NCBI RefSeq assembly: GCF_009914755.1
Contig: NC_060926.1
Reading direction: 5' to 3' (one strand)
From: the human T2T-CHM13v2.0 reference genome, Homo sapiens
Length of the DNA stretch: 64,000 nt
Below, piece after piece: positions 28,052-44,250 of this stretch. The translations under genes were made by a program, and so were the position numbers. The notes beneath the pieces were generated by a model. It saw only the letters and a list, made by a program, of their open reading frames with translations. It was not told where the DNA came from and made no database searches. The stretch's first letter is position 1. Each line of letters opens with the position of its first letter.

Positions 28052-28899
28052 TTATTCTATGCCACATTAAAATATGAGCCTTAACTCAGTGACCCCTACC
28101 CTGATCCTGAAACTGTCATGTTTCATCTTAAAGTCTCTATTGATGAAACAACCAATAGTAAAAAAATTCTGAAAAAAATATTTCTAACACTTGAAATTAA
28201 ATATTACCTCCAGTTGTCAAGTTCTTACCAGCTCTAGAAGAGGAAAGACCAGTTAATTCCAGACTAAGGAGTTCAGTAATAAAAATAAGACAGTATATCT
28301 GTTTTCCTCTCTCAAAGGAATAGAATATGCACACAGAGCATAAATAATAAAAAGGTAGTACAACAGCATTGAAGCAACTATGGCCCAGTTACAAGATAAA
28401 AAAAAAATATAATTACAGTGATGGTAGATATATTTGTTCACTGGGGAGAATTAGCCCCCAAAAGCCATTATTTGATGACTAAGAAAATATTAACTGATTG
28501 TTGCCTTCTTTAAAAAATTATTTTTTCTCAGAATTTTACTCCAATGTTTAATCCTCATCAGTAATACAGCCACTTCTACTACTGTAGATATTTGTTGATT
28601 AAATAAGAAAAAATTATAAGACTTCGAAGGGGAAAGATTTTTAATGTTCTAATGATTTAAAAATGCACCATCCAAGGAAAATTTGGAATAAGCAAAATGC
28701 CTCTGATCACAATATTTAAGGTATAACAGATTGACAATAATCTCCAACAAGACAACAACCAAAACATGTTTCCTAGATGCTGTGTTTGTATAGAAATCTC
28801 AATATTTCCAAGTCAAATATTTTTACCAAAATAGATAGCAAGGTTAATATGTGCTCTGCGTTAGGTTACATTTCTCATGTCGAGCAAAATAACCCTCCC

Positions 28900-29444
28900 T
28901 TACATCCACTTGTTAATTCACTTAAAATTGCTGATTGTGTGGTATATGTGTCCGGTGCTAGCCTTGGTATTGGAGAAATAGTGTTGAGAGGGGCAGAAAG
29001 GGCCCATTTTCTCCAAACTCATGGTCTACGGGAGAAAGGCAGACAAAAGAGGTTAAGGTTGTAATTAAATCTATAATAACAAAACTCAGAGAAATGTTAT
29101 GAATTTGATGAACGAGGTATTGTGTTGGTAAATGTGAAATGGAAGAAGATGCCAGGTTTGATATTTAAGCTAGATTTGAAGAATTAAAAAGAGAAAGCCC
29201 TGTTAAGAATTGGAGAAAGGGAATCAAGGGTGGATTCCAGGAAGGGGAGACGGATGAAGGAAGGCTTTTGGATAACAAACAGCTACAGAGCATGGCTGGA
29301 GAGCTGGGAACAAGTAGGTTAGTGACCCACATGGGATTGAAAGGAGCGGGAGCGCCAGGGTCCAGATTTCTCATAGTGCTTCTTACATTCAGAGCTAAGG
29401 AGGATTTGAAGCAGGGGTTAACCATGACTCGTGTATGTGTGTGT

Positions 29445-29488
<44 letters not shown>

Positions 29489-29690
29489 ATTCCCTTTGTG
29501 GGTGCAAGAGATTGGAGAGTGAACTAGGGCAGTTATAGTAGAAATGAAAATCATCAACAAAAAGATCATTTCACAGATATAATTTCCAGGATTTACTAAT
29601 GATGAGCAGAATGAAGGAAGGGAATGATGATGCCTGGCTTTCAGGCTTGGGTAACTGGATATATGGTGAATGTTGTTCCATAAAGGACAT
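28900..29690 (-). mobile_element. L2 LINE relic containing a (TG)n tract
   Basis: Resembles reverse-complement L2 3' region (aggatttgaagcagggg...; gatgatgcctggctttcaggcttgggtaactgga). Highly diverged; boundaries approximate. Confidence 0.55.
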
Positions 29691-30611
29691 ACACACACAG
29701 ATTAAAAAAAAAAAACACAATTCTAGATTTTTACACAGACTGGATGATGAATTGAAGCCCAGTGACTTCCCACTTAGGGATTCCACAAAATTTGTACAAC
29801 CCCTTGTCATCTATGACCTAGGAAATCTCCTTCCTTGGGCTTCTCTGCTGGCAAATACTATCCTCACGATCCTAGGTGAGGTGCAAACATTCCCAAGAAC
29901 AGCTTGAGTATGTACTGCCCTGTGTTCAACAGATAACTGACTTAATAGAATTACGATAAAACTTAAAGATATGGGAAAATGTAGGACTTTGCATGAAGAG
30001 TCTCTAGTACCTTCCTTGCAGAAATTCTTCTCATTCAGTGATTTCTGACTTGCTGTAAAATTTAATAAGAAACTCCCATTGCTTCTCTGATTTATGGGTG
30101 GCTTCAAGTGGCCACTAGGATATTTGAAGGAAATCTCAATCTAAAGCTTTCATTGCCACATTTGGAAGCCTTTTATGTACTACGTAAATCAAGACTGAAT
30201 TATTCTTATGAATTGTTGGCTTTCATGAGATCTCTGACAAAATAGAAGAAGAAGGAAGGAAGAAAGGAAGAAAGAAAGGAAAGAAGGAAGGAAGGAAGGA
30301 AGGAAGGAGGGAAAAAATAAACAATTTACCCAAGGTATTTAAAAAATAACTCAGCATTTGATGTTAAGTCTTAGGAAGGAAGAAATGAGACAAACAGTCG
30401 TAAAGTAATCCTGACTTATTTGTTGCCTTCAACTAAGAAGGCAGAACTACTATAACTGCCCTAGTTCACTCTACAATCTCTTGCACCCACAAAGGGAATA
30501 AATACACACACACACACGCATAACCACACACACTCAGACACACAAACACACACACACACGAGTCATGGTTAACCCCTGCTTCAAATCCTCCTTAGCTCTG
30601 AATATAAGAAG
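29379..30611. repeat. Long inverted repeat: arms 29379-29541 and 30447-30611, 905-bp spacer
   Basis: The non-microsatellite parts of the arms are reverse complements with only 2-3 mismatches; a central (TG)n/(CA)n tract lies in each arm. Confidence 0.95.
30245..30312. repeat. (GAAG/GAAA)n purine-rich simple repeat
   Basis: Seen directly. Confidence 0.9.
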
Positions 30612-30859
30612 TGGTACGGGAAAAGCAATTTTGAAACTATTTTAGATGCATTATTGGATTAAGCAAATCAATAAATGACATTACTGGGAGCCAGGATTCT
30701 CATCTTGGATGAAAACATATGAAAGTATGGAATGGGAAAAATAACGAAACAATGTTGTAGGTATGAAGGTAGCAGTGTAAACTCACACTTTATAAAATGT
30801 GCATTATGTGTATGTTTATATGTACATATAATGTATATGTCTGTGTGTAGATACATTTA

Positions 30860-32640
<1,781 letters not shown>

Positions 32641-34555
32641 AAAAATGTTTTTCACCATTCTTTTGTTTTCATCCTGCTACATCCACCGCAGTACAGGACT
32701 TATTACTTTACACCCTAGACCATCCAAAACACTGCCACAGAATTAATTTCGCTCAAAACATATTTTCTCCACTTACTCTTCAGTTTAAGTGCAGTGACTT
32801 CCAATTTCCTGAAAGTCTACGAAATATAAACTACTTCATCTAGACCATCAAGTCATTGGCCTCAAAAGGCCATTCTAGCACCATGCACTTGCAAGAAGCA
32901 AAATAAAGCTTCTTAGTTCCCTGAAAATTATTCTAGCCCCACCAGCATCATTCTTTCTTGTCTGGAATTCTTTCTTGCATTATCCTTTCTTTAAAGCCTA
33001 GATCAAACATTATCAATTGCTTTAAACAATACCCAAAACCAAGTTCCTTAACTTCTCTTCTGAACTCCAAGACTATAAAGTACTCAAGTCAACCATTCAG
33101 TAGTTCATCTGTTACTCTATGTAACATATCACCCTCTATAATAATCTGTGTTTTATATGTATGTATGTATTTGCCTTATAATATCATGCATTGTCTGATA
33201 AAATACTTTCTATAGAGCCATACACTTACTAGATATTGACAAATATAAAGCAAGGGACGGTAAGTCAAAAACCAACAAACCAAAACACACAAAACAAAAA
33301 AATAAACGTAGGTTCTCTCCTCAGATCTCGTAACACATTCCAATAAAACATAATTCACTTATCCTCTTCGAGTGCCACTTACCTCATCTACAAAATGGGA
33401 ATATGTGTGTCCTATCTACTTCATAGGACTCTAATATTCAAGAGGCACTCAGAGATTTTAAAATGTTCTGTTGTAGTTCTGGCATGATCTTGCCGTTGGC
33501 AGCTGCCTCTTCCCAAACTCTTACATGTGACCTTAGATACTAACTGTTCATTTCCATGCCTTTTGATAAAACCCAGTTGTCCAAACTGTGGATGCTGATC
33601 TAAGAAACAATTCATTCCTCTTCAAAGAACTGTCCTAGACCAAAACTAATTGAACTCCAATGATACTCTTCTGCCCTGTAAATTTTTTTTACCTTCCTTT
33701 CCTAAGTTAAGGAACGATTGTTTCAAAAGTTTAAAATCCTGTAGGTAATATATCCACATTGACACAGTTGACTGTTCTCTGGGCATGGGGACCTCCTTCG
33801 AATTGAATGAACAGACACGTATCCACTGTACAAGGACCATTTTGTGCTTTTTACCAGAATAATTAACATGGCTATCTCTCTGAAAAAAGAAAAAGCAGCT
33901 AATATCCCAGTGGGTCACGTGCTTGGAGTTGTTTTCAAAGTAAATAAAGGCAAAAGGATTTTTCTTCCATGAGGCTTTCCTATGTTTCTAGGGTGGACCT
34001 GCATACAGCTCACCTCCGGAATCTAAAAATGGGGGTTGAACTTGACATCCTTAATATTAGAATTTAACCAACTGAGCTGAGTGGCCAAAAATAATCTATT
34101 ATAGCTTAAAATGAAAAAGTGTTTCATCTGAAAGCCAGATAGATAAACGCCAGTATATCTATCATCTTACCTAGAAGTTAAAAGGTAAAACTTGCAGTTG
34201 TTCATTGCCAAAATATATACAAAACAAAGAAACTCAACAGAAATTGGCATCTAAACATGACTGCAATATTTGATGAGGCACCAAGATATTTATCAGGCCA
34301 CAAAAGAAAATATATTATAATTTCTTCTTGCACTATTAAAGGGCCAAGAATATGACATAAAATGTGTCATTTTTGAGGAAAAACACCTAACAGACTGCTT
34401 ATTTAATAAAATAGTTACTAGAAAAAAATAGAATAAAAATGGATTGTGTGAATACATTTCAAGTTGTGTACCAGCCTTGGTGTGCAAAACCACCTGCAAG
34501 AAATGAGAGTCAAAAGCGTTAGCATAGGAAAAGACAATGGGACAGAGGTGTTTAC

Positions 34556-34678
34556 CTGTCATGGCCTGTTGGTCATCCACTGTTAACTTTAAACTTTTTC
34601 CACGCCGAACTACACGCACTGTGTGCCACTCGTTATCATTGAGGTTATAGCCAGCAAAAAGAGTCTCGGGACCTTTGC
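34556..34678 (-). CDS. NRXN1: NRXN1 coding exon (~exon 13), 123 nt, LNS4: [40 protein letters not shown]
   Basis: Protein match; acceptor ttctacag|GC AAA, donor ACA G|gtaaac, phase 1-1. Confidence 0.97.
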
Positions 34679-34740
34679 CTGTAGAATATGCCAAACAGTC
34701 ATTATGGACACTCAGAATCAGTCAAGCAAATGAACCTCAC

Positions 34741-34845
34741 AGAGAGTGAGAGAAAGAGACAAGGGGGGAAGGTGAGGGAGAGGGAGGAGAGAAAGAAGAA
34801 AGGAAGAAAGAGAGAGAGGAGGGAGAGAAAGGAAACAGAGAAGAG
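34741..34845. repeat. GA-rich tract (CU-rich on the NRXN1 pre-mRNA) upstream of the 123-nt exon
   Basis: About 105 nt that is almost purely purine on the plus strand. Confidence 0.85.
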
Positions 34846-37800
34846 GCGGGCTGGACCAATTTTCAAGCCCATTAGAGTCACAGCAAGCAAGGAAAATGAC
34901 AACTTTTACAAACATTCAGGTGTGACCATTTAAGAATCTTTAATCCTACGCATTGATCCATAACAAGTGAATTAACCTGCTGTCATAAATAGGCACAGTC
35001 AATACAGCACTGGGAACCCACCCAAATTTACACACACATTTTTAAAAATAAATTCTCTGATTTTTAGTTACCACTTTCCTGCTAACAAAGTGTCTAGCCA
35101 TCATGTAACCTCTGAGCTCTAGAAGACATCTGACTGTAGCCCATTAGCTAATCGTTTTCAGTGAGATAAGTCTCCCAGTAGACTCTGGGAGAAGGTACTA
35201 TCTTGTGTGATGGCGGCTATTCCGCTCTTATACCTGGTACCTCCAGTGCTCAACACGTTCTTAGGTTCTTTAGCCTCCTAAATTTATGGAATGTTGAGTC
35301 TAAAAAACACATCGAAATAAACCTTACAACTAATTGACCTGTACGTCACAAATCTGTCTGTGTGTGGCAGAGGCACTTCTGGCAGGTGTAGGTATAAGTA
35401 TTGACTCACAGTAAGTGGACCGAAGAAAAGGAAAGAAAAAAAAAAAATAGGCACAGCCAATAAAGGGCCAACTGTTGAGCATGAAGGAAAAGTAGTGATA
35501 TTAAACAACAGTAGAGAGCAAGGGATTACCAGTGGGCATCGAGTGGGCAAGAAGTATAACTGGGAAAGTAACTGCTAGTGAATCTATATAAACCTATGCA
35601 AATGAAATTTAAATGGACTCAGCAGAGACATATTATTTCAGAAAGGTGTTTGGTAGAAATTATTGAAATGATTAAGTTAGACTATATCCGTCACCTCAAA
35701 AAAAAAAAAAAAAAAAAAGCAAGGGAAAATGCTTTTAACATAACCAGATATTTTTATTTAAAAAATAAGTATTTCTACTAATCTGACATTATGAGTCATT
35801 GAGAAAAAATAACATTAAAGATACATTGTTTGGTAATGAATTTTTTCCCTGGTGTTTTTTTAAGTATGGAAACATGCTGGTACATTAAAATAATGAAGGG
35901 CATTATATCATTGAGTTTCATGTCTTTCAACGAATTGAGAATCAGGATTGGAGTTCACAATTTGTTTAACCAAATTCTGCCAGCAAAACCAATTAATGCC
36001 CAAGGATCACGGGAGGATATATGAGAAAGTAAAGATACAGGCCAAGGAGAAGAAGAAAAAAAAAGAGGAGAGCAAGAGAGATCGAGTAAGAGACAGAGAA
36101 CCAAGTAAAATAAACCTCAGTTTTCCATCCACATGAGATCATTGTTTTCTTTCAGAACTACAGCCTATCCACCAGCCTATTGATTTCTCTCTTATGGTGC
36201 TACTAATAATTCAAGTGTTGTATCCTTGGCTGGTGTATCTCAGGTTAGAAATGAGCCAGTGATATGAGCTAAATTTTAAAGGATGAATTGCCTCAGTTAT
36301 TTATATCTTTTTGTATCTTTAGAGAAATTAAATTACAACTCCAGATACATGAATTTGAAACTATTCTAGATATAACAGTTTTAAGAGATTGATGGCTAAA
36401 TAACTAGAGAAAGCCTGCTAGTCCAGCAACTGCAAAAATACTTTGAGATCAAATGTTGAAAGCAAGTTCCAGGATGAAAAAAAAAAAAACTCTTTCTAAA
36501 TTCAATAGTGAAGAAAGAAGTGTTTAATAACTCTGCAGCATCTTAGCATCCTGCTGGCAGTAAGGGTCATCTTTCATTTTGATCCTTGAAAAGAGAACAT
36601 ATCATTTTAGAGCTATTTTTATAGGGAACTTTTTTTTTTTGTTAGAAATATGTGCTTTTGAAGCAGCTTCACTTCTATTCTTTTCTTTTTTAAATATATT
36701 TTGTCAAGGAAAGGAAGCATACATAAGGGTGATATCATCGTTATACCCCATCCTTGGCTTGATCTTGCAGTAAAGTCATAATGCTTAATCTATGCAACAA
36801 CTATTTCCATAACAACAGGCATAAAATCCAATTAAAAATAACCCTTTGGTTCATAAAAATCTCTGTGGGCCAACTTCTAGCTCCTTTCATGCATTATTAA
36901 AATTGTGAACAGATTGATTTTACAAGATAAGGTTTTTAAAAAGGCACTTAATAGTCTCACTTCAACACAATGTTACCCATGCAACATGAAGTGTAATGGA
37001 AAGTGCACTAGACTGGGAGTTAAGAATTGCAGTTGCTAGATCATGATTTCCTACTAAAAAAGAAGTTGGGGGTTGCTGAGTGCTTATTATGTAGCAGGCA
37101 CTTTGTCTGTTGTCTTGCTTCACCTTTACATTATTAATCTGCAGATGTGAAACTGAAGGCCTATAAAGCTACAACTACTTGTCGCCAGGTCACACAGCTA
37201 AAAAGTGGTAGAACCAAGTTTCATCCTTGGCCTGACCTACTCAAAGCCTGCATGCTTTTCCCTGCATTATTCAGCCTCGTAGTTATGAGAATCTTTGGCT
37301 AACCACTTAATTTCTCACTTTCCCCATATTGGAACAAAGGAGATGGAAAAGATCCTCTTTGTGGTGACTCCCAGCTTGCCCTACAGAATGATCACACTGC
37401 TAGCAAATCCTACACACCCTCTGCACAAGTCCTGGTGGAAGCAAATCTCTAAGTAATACAATGTCTATCTAGGGATGCTGAAATGACTGCTCCTAAAGAT
37501 ATGACACAGAAGAAGGGACATCATTTTAGGACCTGTCTCCACCCACAATCAGCAATTTGCTAACACACTCAACTTCTGGTGGTCTCAGCATTCCCATCCA
37601 TAAAGTGAGGAGAGTTTCCAGCTGATCTTTACAGTTCCTTTAGAATTTCACTTTCTCACAGAATTTAACATATACAAACTTGTTAAAGAAAGATGGTTTA
37701 ACTGTTGAAATTTTGAATTTGAGAGTTTGTCCTCTTGCTATAATTTTAATGGCAAAATTATAGTAACTTCAAGCTGTTAATGACCTTTCAGGATTTCCTT

Positions 37801-37859
37801 TCCTTTGGGGGATATCAAACCATGCATCAGTTGTGCCAACGTCTTTCTCCCTGCATCAA

Positions 37860-38228
37860 TGTATTACAGACTTAATGTGTGTGTCCCTCAGAATTCACTA
37901 TGTTGAATTTCTAACCCACAAAGTGATGGTATGAGAAGGTGGGGCCTTCAAGATATGATTAGGTTTAGATAAGGGTGGAGTCCCATGATGGGATAGGGCC
38001 CTCACAAGAAGTGGAACAAACACCAGAGCGTCCCCTCTGCCATGTGAGGATACAAAGAGAAGGTGGCTGCCTACCAGCCAGGAAGAAGGCCCTCACCAAG
38101 AGCCAAATCTGCTGACACTTCAATCTTTGACTTCAAGTCTTCAAAAAACTGAGGTGAAAAAAAAATTCTGTTGTTTAAGCCATCCAATCTATGGTATTCT
38201 GTTGTAACAGCCCAAGAAGACTAACACA
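37860..38228 (+). mobile_element. MLT1A-type MaLR solo LTR
   Basis: TG...CA ends; gccatgtgaggataca, aagaaggccctcacca, ttctgttgtttaagcc...ctatggtattctgttgtaacagccca...gactaa. Confidence 0.8.
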
Positions 38229-38263
38229 GTGGGCAATATTTTAAAGACTTTTAAGAAAGTCTA

Positions 38264-38617
<354 letters not shown>

Positions 38618-39120
38618 TTATGTCTATTAAAAGACATCATTCCTTATGTTTTGTAGGGAGTTTTGATTTGTTTGTAATTTTACACTTGATTTTTACTGTA
38701 ACATATTATTTAAGCCAGATATATTAATTTTTCATTTTATAGTTAAAGAAGCAGATTTAAAAGTGTTGAGCGAATTATTAAGTCTCAAAGGCAGTAAGAA
38801 GTAGAGAGAAGACTGAGATTTTGAAATTTTCTATTTTCATTAAAATGTGTTTTCCACAGAAAATGATCTGCAAGTAGTGTAAGAGGTACAACGGGACTGA
38901 ATGCCCCCAGCTAATATTTCACCAGACCAGGTCAGAATTCAGCTCTACAGGCTAATGTTATATTAAAGAATTTTAGAACTAGGAGGGACATGAGAAGTGT
39001 AGAATTTCAATCATCATCTACAAATAAGAAACATGAAGTGCAAAGACATTAGATGACGTCCCCATTGTCACAACTGTTAAATTAAGAAGCATAGGTCTCT
39101 AGACTCTCAGTCTAACAAGC

Positions 39121-39420
<300 letters not shown>

Positions 39421-41059
39421 CTAACAAACTTTTAAAAAATTATTCTGTTCATTAGACAATGCTGATTTAGAATGAATTTCTCAAGGCACACCAAAATCTG
39501 AGTCTGAGTTTAATAAGTCTGTCAGTGCTTGTCAACAGAGTTTGACCTAATCTATGGTACAACAGCCAAATTTTTTGGCTGGTGATATTCACTGGGTTTG
39601 CTGGTGACCCTGTAGCTAAAACCTATTGATAACAGATGGAAGTAGAAGCAGTAAACATTTCAGTTTTCCTTAATTCAGTGTAAATTGAGTGTTCTTCCAC
39701 AACCTACCCATCCATAAATTCAAGGTGTCTCTAAGATTAACTCCTAAGAAGGGCTGGAGTTAACCCTAACTTGAGGCATGGTACCGACAGAGGAAAATGT
39801 GTGTTAGCAAGTATATGTGTGTATGTGGGTGTGTGTGTGTGAGAGGGATAGAGAGAGAGACACACACTCAAAAGATGGTAGATTTTTGGCCATTTTAGTA
39901 ACCACATTTGCTAATGACTTTTACTTCCATTTTCACATCAACATGATTCTTAGGTTTCTTTAAATATTAGTCTCAGAACAAAGGAAATTTCATGCTATAA
40001 TTTGTAGTTATGGGAGGTAATGGTAAAGAAAATTGGATTTTGTCCCCAGTCTGTCATCAACTAATTATGTTACCTTGAAGACGACATGTATTCTCTCTAT
40101 TCCTATTTTTATCTGTAAAATGATAATCCCATATAAAAGCATATTAAAAAAAAAACTTTCCTACAGCCAACTTCAAACTATTGTCATTCTTAGAAGGACC
40201 AAAACTACCTCGCGGCTACATGAAAGAGTGCAATGTTATAGTGAATATCTCTAATGGTGCAAGCTTTTTATTTTTATTATTACTGTTACTAATTTCATCA
40301 CTTTTGTTTTGGCACAGTAGGCAGAGAGCAGACCAAGCCTTAAAGAGGCTCTTCTACCCAAGAATTACTACACTCAAGTGAAGCCAGAGGACAATATTAA
40401 TACGTGCTAGAAAATGTGTTTATTATTTTATATAGTCAAATTTTAATGGTGATAACTTTTTTCTTTTGACAACATGTAATTATGTTACAACTATTTTTGT
40501 TAATCACTATAAATTTTGTTAATCACTATAAATTATATTTGAAAGTACTGAAGCACAGACTACTAAGTGAATGTATTTAAGAAAGAAAGAATAGCATTCA
40601 AGGGATGCATAGCTATGCTACTTAGTCCAGCTCTCCTTTTACAGACATCTCCATGGGAGGTTAGTTGCCTTGCCTCTGTCTTCCTTGTTATTGGCAGGAT
40701 GAAACTAATGCCTGGGTCTTGAACTTATTTAGGACCTAACATGCATTACCTAATTGTCTGGCCAAAGTCAGAGAGGGTAAACATTCTTTGACCTTTGCAT
40801 ATCATTCCTTTCCCTATTTATATTTATACATATTCAAAAAATATTGTTCTAAATACATTTTAAACAAACCCACCTGCTTTGGATAGCAGAATCAGTACAA
40901 TTTACAAAGAACCTCACTGCCATACACAGTTTCGGAAGCAGTGATGAAACGGGTGTGTTTTTTCACATACCTCTTTACATTTGGTTCAAATGTAGATTCT
41001 CATATATTTCAGGGGAGATCTGCATGCATCATAAGAAAAGCTTGAACTTGGTTGAGAGT

Positions 41060-41270
41060 TATATAAACTTGGATTTGAAAGCAGGTATTGCATTTTCTGG
41101 TTGCTTAGGCTTGGGTATGTTAGCTTCTTTGAGCTTTCCTTCCATCATCTATAAATGTGAGATAATAATGCCTACCTTATTTCATAGATTTGTTGTAAGG
41201 ACTAAGGGATATAACAAATCTAATGTGTTTGGTGCTTTGCACTTTGTGTAATCTCAATGAATATTAATTT
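41060..41270 (+). mobile_element. MIR SINE relic
   Basis: ttgagctttccttccatcatctataaatgtgagataataatgcctacct...gttgtaaggactaa. Confidence 0.65.
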
Positions 41271-42605
41271 CCTTTCTCTCCTTTTTATGGAAAATAAGTT
41301 AAGTAACAGTGCATGAGTTCTGCAAACCACCAAAGGATCTACCATTAAAAAATGGTTGACAGTCAAATACACTATACACTATATAAAAATGTATATTGAA
41401 AGAAACATCCACAATTTTTATTTGAACAGGCACACTGCAGTCTAGTTTTTTGAAATTAGGCCTCCCAAAGTCAAATTTTTTGGAACAGTTGCCATTTTAA
41501 CCTGAGATTTCACAGTATTTGTGTTTGGTTATTTAATTCCTAAGCATTCACCCTGAATATAAAAATAAATGTAAAATACACTTGCAAGGGAACCTGAAAT
41601 AGATCAATAACGACATGCTTAATCTTGCTGGGTTAAAATAAGATGTACATGATACTAAATTTGGATGCTTTTTGCTACAAAGCCTTCTGTGCAAATATCT
41701 TGTGAACAATTTATACTGGTTTATGAATGTGGAGGGAAAATATAGTGAAGAGAAATAGAGAAGAATAAAACAAAGCTGAGACCCTTTCAAGCAATGCAAG
41801 CAAAGACCTCTAAGAGACAAAACTGGCAGATGCCTCTGGAACTGAAAGGTGGATGTAGCTGTACAGAAACTTGAAAAAAAACAAAAACAAAAACCCATAG
41901 CAGTTATATTTGGAGTTTTAAACTCTTAGATGTATGTGCCCCAAGTGTAAACTCATTGCATCTCTACACACCCTTTAGGTAGCTTTCTCCCTCTAGTGGT
42001 GCATATATTTTAAAGAGGTTAACTACATAAATGAACTATCTTTATGGTGTACCCTGCTTCTGGTATATATATACTCTGGTACAGTGCAAACCAATTGGTT
42101 CTAAAGTTCACTTTATTTGTCTAACATATTCATTGTAATTTCTACTTTAAAATTCTACCTAGTTATTTCAGTGGTTAATCTGACTTACTCAATTAAACCA
42201 TTTATCGAGCATGAAGATTTTGATGGGTATTTCTGCAAAACCATCACCTAACAAATTGCACAGATGATGGACAGGCAGGAATTTTTTAAAAATACTAGAA
42301 TCACCTTATATGTATAAATTGGTTCTATATTTATACATGATTGTTCAATATATTTAGACCTACAGCACCTGGTAATTGAATTAGGAAGAGAAGTTACAGT
42401 ACCATAGCATCTGAGAATTATAAAATTTTAAAACTGAATGGTCCATATTGTGTCTGTTGTTTATCCCATTTAGCTACTCATTTATTCTGGGTTCCATGGC
42501 ACCCATATGCTATTAATTTTGTTTAAAATTTATTTTGTGCCAAATACCGATCTCAGCATTGGGAATATCCGAGTTACAGTCAAAGGAACTTACATTCTAA
42601 TAGGT

Positions 42606-42814
42606 CAGAAGTCAAAACACTTTTTCTGTAAAGGGCCAGACAGTAAATTTATTTGACTTTGCCGACCATGTGTTCACCATTGCAACTCTTCAACTTTACT
42701 ATTGCAATGTAAAAGCAAGCATAGAATGTATGTAAACAAATGGAGTGGCTGTGTTTCAGTAAAGCTTCATTAAAACAGGGAGCTAGCTTGAGAGCTATAG
42801 TGTTCAAGACCCTG
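42606..42814. mobile_element. MER58A-like hAT-Charlie MITE
   Basis: ttttctgtaaagggccagacagtaaat...gtaaacaaatggagtggctgtgtttcagtaaagctt...gaccctg. Confidence 0.75.
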
Positions 42815-43041
42815 TAAGATAAACACGTATAGATAATTTAAACGTTTCCCATAAATTTTGCATTGCATATTAAAGAATAACAGAAACATACTCAAGAATT
42901 TAAGTGCGAGGAAACCTGAGTTTTAGATTCGATATTGCCACTAACTGTAACATAACCTTAAAAATACTAATTCTCCTAACTTTTTTACTGCTGTTTGTTT
43001 TCTTAAGAAACAACTAAAATCAATTTTTAAAGGCTTTAAGC

Positions 43042-43551
43042 CCGGGCTCCCCACCCCCCAGGCCACAGACAGGTACCAGCCTGTTAGGAAGCATGCCGCA
43101 CAGCAGGAGGTGGGCAGCAGGCAAGCCAGAGAAGCTTCATCTGTATTTACAGCCGCTCTCCATTACTCACATCACCATCTGAGCTCCACCTCATGTCAGA
43201 TCAGCAGTGACAACCGATTCTCACAGGAATGCAAACCCTATTGTGAACTGCACATGCAGGGGATCTAGGTTTCATGCTCCTTAGGAGAATCTAATGCCTG
43301 ATAATCAGTCACTGTCTCCCATTACCCTCAGATGAGACTCTCTACTTGCTGGTAAACAACCTCTAGTTTTACTGATTCTACCTTATGGTGAGTTGTATAA
43401 TGATTTCATTATATATTACAATGTAATAGTAATAGAAATAAGGTGGATGATACATGTAGTGAAATTCAATTATCCTGAAATCACTCCCGTCTGTGGTAAA
43501 ATTGTCTTCCATGAAACCAGTCCCTCATGCCAAAAAGTTTGGAGACCACTG
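43042..43551. mobile_element. MER1A-like hAT-Charlie DNA transposon
   Basis: About 510 bp with typical MER1 text (gccgcacagcaggaggtg, accctattgtgaactgcacatgc, ttccatgaaaccagtccct); degenerate 8-bp TSD ctttaagc / ctttaaat. Confidence 0.85.
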
Positions 43552-43662
43552 CTTTAAATGACACAAATCAATTGCAAAGTCCTTCTACTTATAAAATCTA
43601 GGATAAATTAGGTTCCTTTCCTTTTCTGCAAATTTAGAATAGAAACATTCATTAAATGCTTG

Positions 43663-43664
<2 letters not shown>

Positions 43665-43706
<42 letters not shown>
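43665..43706. repeat. (GT)n microsatellite
   Basis: Seen directly. Confidence 0.97.
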
Positions 43707-43707
<1 letters not shown>

Positions 43708-44250
43708 TGCATGCACCTTTGTTAAAAATTTGGTTATTAGGTTTCTACGTATATCAACTTTTCCAGGTACTAACAAGTTTTATTTGGCAGTTGACTTTGG
43801 GGACAGTAGTCTCTGGGGTGAGGCAGGACCTTGTGAGAAGCTGGAAGCAAGCCTTGTCATTGTGACAATGATGAGAAGATGGAAGCAGGAGCTACCACTG
43901 CTTGATGCCTGAGTCATAGTTGCTGGCAGCAGTACTTCCTACCTACAAATGATGAGAGGATATGTTTCCCAGGTTGTAATTATGACACCTTCAGCCTACT
44001 ATTTGACTTTCCCATTACTTTCTGGTTTTAAAGTAATCTGTCCTCCAGTTAAAAAAATTCAAAGGAGATTAACTCCTCATTACAGGTTTCTATTTTATCC
44101 TTCTCAATTTTTAGGTATTGAGTTGTGAGTGAAACCTGTTTGTTTTAATTTTTCACAAGAATCAGCTAGAACATTCAATTACAAATTAAATTTAGACATG
44201 TAAATGGCACTTCTAAATTTTCCTTTTTCTGCCTCTTAACATTACTAGAG

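Noticed and set aside
29165-29698. Longest ORF in the track (177 aa, with an HT repeat)
   Set aside because: It runs through an L2 relic and a (CA)n tract; no domain or splice support.
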